From the NCBI GenBank assembly GCA_965112155.1, contig OZ218105.1: a stretch of 64,000 nt of DNA. One strand, written 5' to 3'. The translations under genes and the position numbers were made by a program. Shown here piece after piece: positions 59,541 through 64,000 of the stretch (its first letter is position 1; each line of letters begins with the position of its first letter). This DNA comes from Podarcis liolepis (lineage: Eukaryota). A model generated the notes under the pieces. It worked only from the letters and a program-made list of their open reading frames with translations. It did not search any database and was not told the DNA's origin.

Positions 59541-59918
59541 GCTGATCAAGTTGATGGATTATGCTGAAATGGCTAAAATTACCGCAAGAATTAGAAATCA
59601 GGAAGACCAAAATTTTAATAAGGAATGGGGGAAATTTTTAATTTATATTAAAAGCCATTGTAAACAGCTAAAATCGTTAGTAGGATTGGAATAACGCTTG
59701 TAGTTTAATGGTGAATTTTGAACACAACGGAGAGTTAAAAGATTTGGATCATTATAAAAGATGCAGGAGGAAATGATTAACAATAGGACCCACAAAGGGG
59801 AGGAGGGAAGTCCAGGAGATTCTTTGGAATCTTGTTTCTATGTTGTATGTTGGATATGTGACGGAAAAAAATTTAATCTGAAAAACCAAATAAATAAATT
59901 GAGAGAGGGAGAGAGAGA
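59541..59918 (+). mobile_element. 5'-truncated L1-like LINE 3' end, 100 nt after the NHLRC1 stop
   Basis: 59542-59694 reads LIKLMDYAEMAKITARIRNQEDQNFNKEWGKFLIYIKSHCKQLKSLVGLE*, resembling squamate L1 ORF2 C-termini; then a 3' UTR, AATAAATAAA (59889-59898), a GA-rich tail, and GCTGAT on both sides. Confidence 0.7.
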
Positions 59919-62900
59919 AGCTGATATGAGTCTTGTCCATGTTGTGTATTGTGGAATCAGTTCAGCGGATGTGAACTAGACTACTTAAGGCTGTGATATG
60001 TACTGTAACCTCAGACTAGTGAGGAAATCCCATTGAACTAAGGTGCTGGACGTGTATGTTGGCCATTGCCAAAGGAGTTACTGCAGTTGGGTATTACAGA
60101 AGCTGTATGTGAACAATCCAGGTAACTTTCTATGTTGGGCTGTAGACAGGCTTGTGTTTCCCTTGGATTTTGGATGGCACATGTGAAAGCCCACCTTCAG
60201 CCAGAATGTATGACCGCCCCCCCCTTGCATAAGCAAATGAGTGTTTAAGAGAATGGCCAGCATCTGTTAGTGCAGTCTTCCCCCTACCTGGTGCCCTCTG
60301 GGTATTTTGGACCACAGGTTCCATTCACTCCAGCTGCATCGCCTTCCCATCTAGCACTGATGACAGTTGCAGTCCAAAACATCTGGAGGATACCAGGTTT
60401 AGGAAGTCATGTTTTATGACATTGCACTGGCCATTGTAAGCTGACCCAAGAAATTCAACACTGTGGCAGCATTAGTCAGGGCTGCTACACTGGGGATAGA
60501 TGCCTTCACCAGATGTGTTGCCAGGTCATCCTGCAAAGCATTTAAGTGGAACAAAGCGGGGCAGAGAAGGGGCATGTTCAGGATGGTGGAGGCATGGGAA
60601 TGACTCATGGCCATGCCATTAAACCAGCTTTTTCCACACACCTTGAAGCCAGTTAAACTAGTGCAAACCTGCCTTTTCAAGGGTGTTCCTCTGGGTGTAT
60701 ATTTTATAGAACATATCATCTCCATCTGATATATATTGGATACCTCTGAATACCTCTGAGTTTGTCAGTGACCGTTGTAACTACACATATTTATAGAAGG
60801 AGTGCCTGTTTGGCTGGTTATATATTTTTTCCATTGCAGATTTAAAAGAAACTGTGATTTAATTGTACTTTTTGGGTTGTTGTTTAAATATAAAAAATGT
60901 TAAAACTATTTATTTTGATGAATGTAAAGTGCCGAACTGCGCCTTACACACAGCTGTGCTTCTTTTTTATGAGTTTCAGTTAAAAAACAATGGGGGAGGG
61001 CTGCTTAACTATTTCCCTTCTGGCTGTTTTTCTGCAGCAACCCCCCCCCTTTCATTCCATAGAAGAAAAAATACAGGTGCCAATATAATATTTCCTGTAC
61101 AGAGAAACGCACCTGGGGTTAATTTTGAGTTGGGGGAGGCAGCTGGAAGAAAAGTTACATAAGCCCTCCTTCCTGCCATTTTTCGACTGAAATTTGTGGC
61201 CTCAAAGGCTGTTTTTAGTTGTTAAAAATCATACACATCAGAAAGAAAAATCCCTTTGGTTGCATCTTGCCCCCCCACCCCACCCCCCACTACAATACAT
61301 AATCTTTGTTGCTGTTAGAAACAGAAGGCCCAGTGTATTGCTAGTAACGCTAGACACAATTTATTTCTGTTTTCTTAAATATAACATAGAAGTGTTTTTA
61401 GAATGTTACTGAGATGAGCTTAAAGAATCTCTGATCATGGGGTAATCAGGCTCTTAGGACTGGGGGGCGGGGGGGGAATGCAGTGCCTTTTCCCCACTGG
61501 TTATTCTGGTAGAACTGTTACCTTACTCTTTGATAAATTAAGGAAGAAATAAATTAAAAGCTCATGAAATACTACAAAAAAGTTTTAACATTACAGGTTG
61601 ACCTGGGGGAGGGGGGGAGGTTTACTGCATCAAGATATTGATGACTTAGGACCTTGTGAGATTTTTTTAAAAAAACCTCATTGTGTTTAATAATGAAATA
61701 AAGAGATGCATTTTCTCTTTTCCTTTGGTTGTGGGGAAAATGTTGGAAGTCCAGTACCTACTTGTGGCAAAAAATTGTGGAATTACATTAGTGTGGAAAG
61801 GACCCAATGAACTCTGGGGTGTATCTTCCATTTTATCTGCAAACATGATCTTTTTAATGATGAAATTGTCACTGTAGCATGTCAAGCTGTTGTTGATTAG
61901 GAAGCACTTTTCTCTGGCTGGCTCAGCAGTTCACCTTCTACACACTGAGAGCCAAAACAGACACCATTGAGATGGTGGTAGGAAGGGAAGAGATTTGGAT
62001 ATACAGAAGATTAAACTGTGAATTATATATTTTTCAAAAAAGTTGGAGCCTAAGTTAGTTGTACTTAATAGCTACTGAAAAAATGGCATGAACAGAGTCA
62101 TGACTTATGTTGCATTTGGGGGGGGGCACCAAATTTTGGCCTTGCACAGGGCTCCACTGAAATTTGAAAAACCAAAGTCCTCCCCCGATTTGTTACAGTT
62201 GTTTTTAAATATCCCACAAGATAAACTATGGCAACATTATTAATGCAACTTGTCCAGTAGCTCAGGGCCGAAATAGACTTGATGTGAAGGAATCTATAAC
62301 TGGATCGCAGGACTTTTTGTTTTTATTTGAAATAATCCACAAGACTTGAATCTTTCAGCATCCGACTAAAAACTGCCCCCACCGTGAAATCTGTAATGCC
62401 TTCACACCTACATTATGAATTTTATTTATGAATGTGCAGTTCTGTTTTCTTAGAATAGTCTTCCATGTTTTATGTCTCCCAGTGCATTTGGGAGTACTGT
62501 GGATGCCCCATGAAAATGATGGATGCTGCTGCCTCGATCCTTGAATTGTCAGGTGCTCCATCCATGGCCAGCTTTCTCTGTACATTGAAAAACACCATTA
62601 TCATGCCTTTCTATTGGTCTATTTAAGTTTGTTGGAACTCCAGATAAATGTGAGCACTGTATGTTGCAAGACAACATGTACAACAGTGATCCCCTCCCCA
62701 CTGAGTGTTATCTTCATCACCCTGTCACATACAATGATTCACTGAGTTTCAAATCACATTGTTTTCTGTTAAGAGCTAGTAGTAGGCATAGCAACCCATC
62801 AACTCTTAATGAAAATAAGTGGCTTAGTCTAATGCGTTGACTATGCTTTGAACACAAGTGGAGGAATCTGCAGTTTTGCAGGAGGAGGAGGAAGAGATGG

Positions 62901-64000
62901 GCAGTGAAAAGAGGATATTTTGCCTCCCACCACCCAAACCCGTGTTGGCACACCTGATCCAACTAACGTAACATGCTTTTTCCAGCAAGCCCATCTCTTT
63001 CCCTGCACATACTATTTGCTAGATCAGGAACCATGGCTCAAAATGGGATCTGCATCCACTTTCCCATCCCAGTATGAATGCTGTTTTGCGCATCCTGCAT
63101 TGCTTTCAGTGGAATCAGTGCTCAGGTGCATGTCCTGATGCACATTTGCATCCACAAGCTAGAGTGTGAATGCAAAACTGCTGAAAGCAACACACTGTAG
63201 ACAGAGCACGTCTGATTTGCCTCTCAGTCATTTAAACTGTCTCAGAACCCCACCACAGATGTCCTTCCTATTGTGCATTTACAGTGATTTGTTTTTATGA
63301 TGGTATCGGGATGGTCAATACTCTCTTCCTACAAAAGTTCGGGGGCAGCCATAGCTGCTTTGTTTCCAGTTGGTGTATGACCAGTAGCTTCCTGCTGAAT
63401 TTCATTCCACAAATGGTTTGTGGATTTTCTTTAGTCCCATATTGGTTGCACTATAGAGCAAGGGTGACTTGCCAGACAGCAATGCAGGAACATCAGGGGA
63501 TATTGTGGAACAACTAATAAAGTGGACTGGCGTAGGGGCGATCCTTTATAAATCCACCACTGTAGATGCACTTATTGTGTTATTGCTCATGCCCCCTTGC
63601 CACGGAAATTATCCTTCAGAGGGGGAGAAATTGAGCTCCAAGAAGAAGTACACCACCCCAGAAACCAATTGCCTATTCCCCATGATCCTTTAAACCGTGA
63701 AGGCTGTTAAGAGGTGCAAATTTTATATCAGAAACAGAAAATGTGTTCTACACAGAGAATACTGCATAAAAATACTTATTTAACAAATGCAAAGACTTTA
63801 AAATTCTACAACACAGCTCTCAGGTGGCAGCAGTTCCAAGAAGCAGAGATCTAAGCTCCAAATGGAATTGGGGAATAGAACTGCCAATTGACCTTTATTT
63901 TTATTTAATTTTGTAAGTTCATCCTTAGTTGCCAAGTAATGGCCTTTAGAAGAATAAGATATTGTGTAAGTGTCTCAAGTGTCTCCAACCCATCAGGGAC

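Noticed and set aside
58240-59918. Intronless NHLRC1 next to an L1 tail as a recent retrocopy
   Set aside because: NHLRC1 is single-exon and adjacent to TPMT in mammals too, so this is the orthologue; the L1 is a separate insertion.
59930-64000. Search for a further gene or exon downstream of NHLRC1 (and in 1-1250)
   Set aside because: Only short ORFs without recognisable motifs plus decayed repeat remnants; nothing I can support.

Overview
Vertebrate genomic DNA from a squamate reptile, most likely a lacertid lizard, judged from a near full-length Sauria SINE with an (ACCTTT)n tail and other lizard-type repeats. The window holds the conserved amniote block DEK (+, 10 coding exons, 367 aa), KDM1B/LSD2 (-, 20 coding exons, 818 aa), TPMT (+, 8 coding exons, 244 aa) and intronless NHLRC1/malin (+, about 400 aa). 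I rebuilt all four by hand from splice sites; phases are consistent and frames are open. KDM1B is tail-to-tail with DEK and head-to-head with TPMT across a shared CpG island. Introns and spacers are dense with Tc1/mariner and hAT MITEs, SINEs, L2/CR1/L1 3' ends, two putative solo LTRs and a Penelope-like fragment, and there is one 130-nt assembly gap. I found no convincing new gene or new multi-gene system. The best second-look items are: a ~42-bp back-to-back poly(A) cassette shared by DEK and KDM1B; a young hAT insertion carrying a palindromic promoter-like motif cluster; a tandemly duplicated hairpin with compensatory changes inside a MITE; a decayed hammerhead ribozyme; a locally templated insertion; a GC-AG intron in DEK; and several TE-donated splice or poly(A) signals. 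Family names for repeats and all comparisons to human or mouse proteins come from recall, not from database searches.
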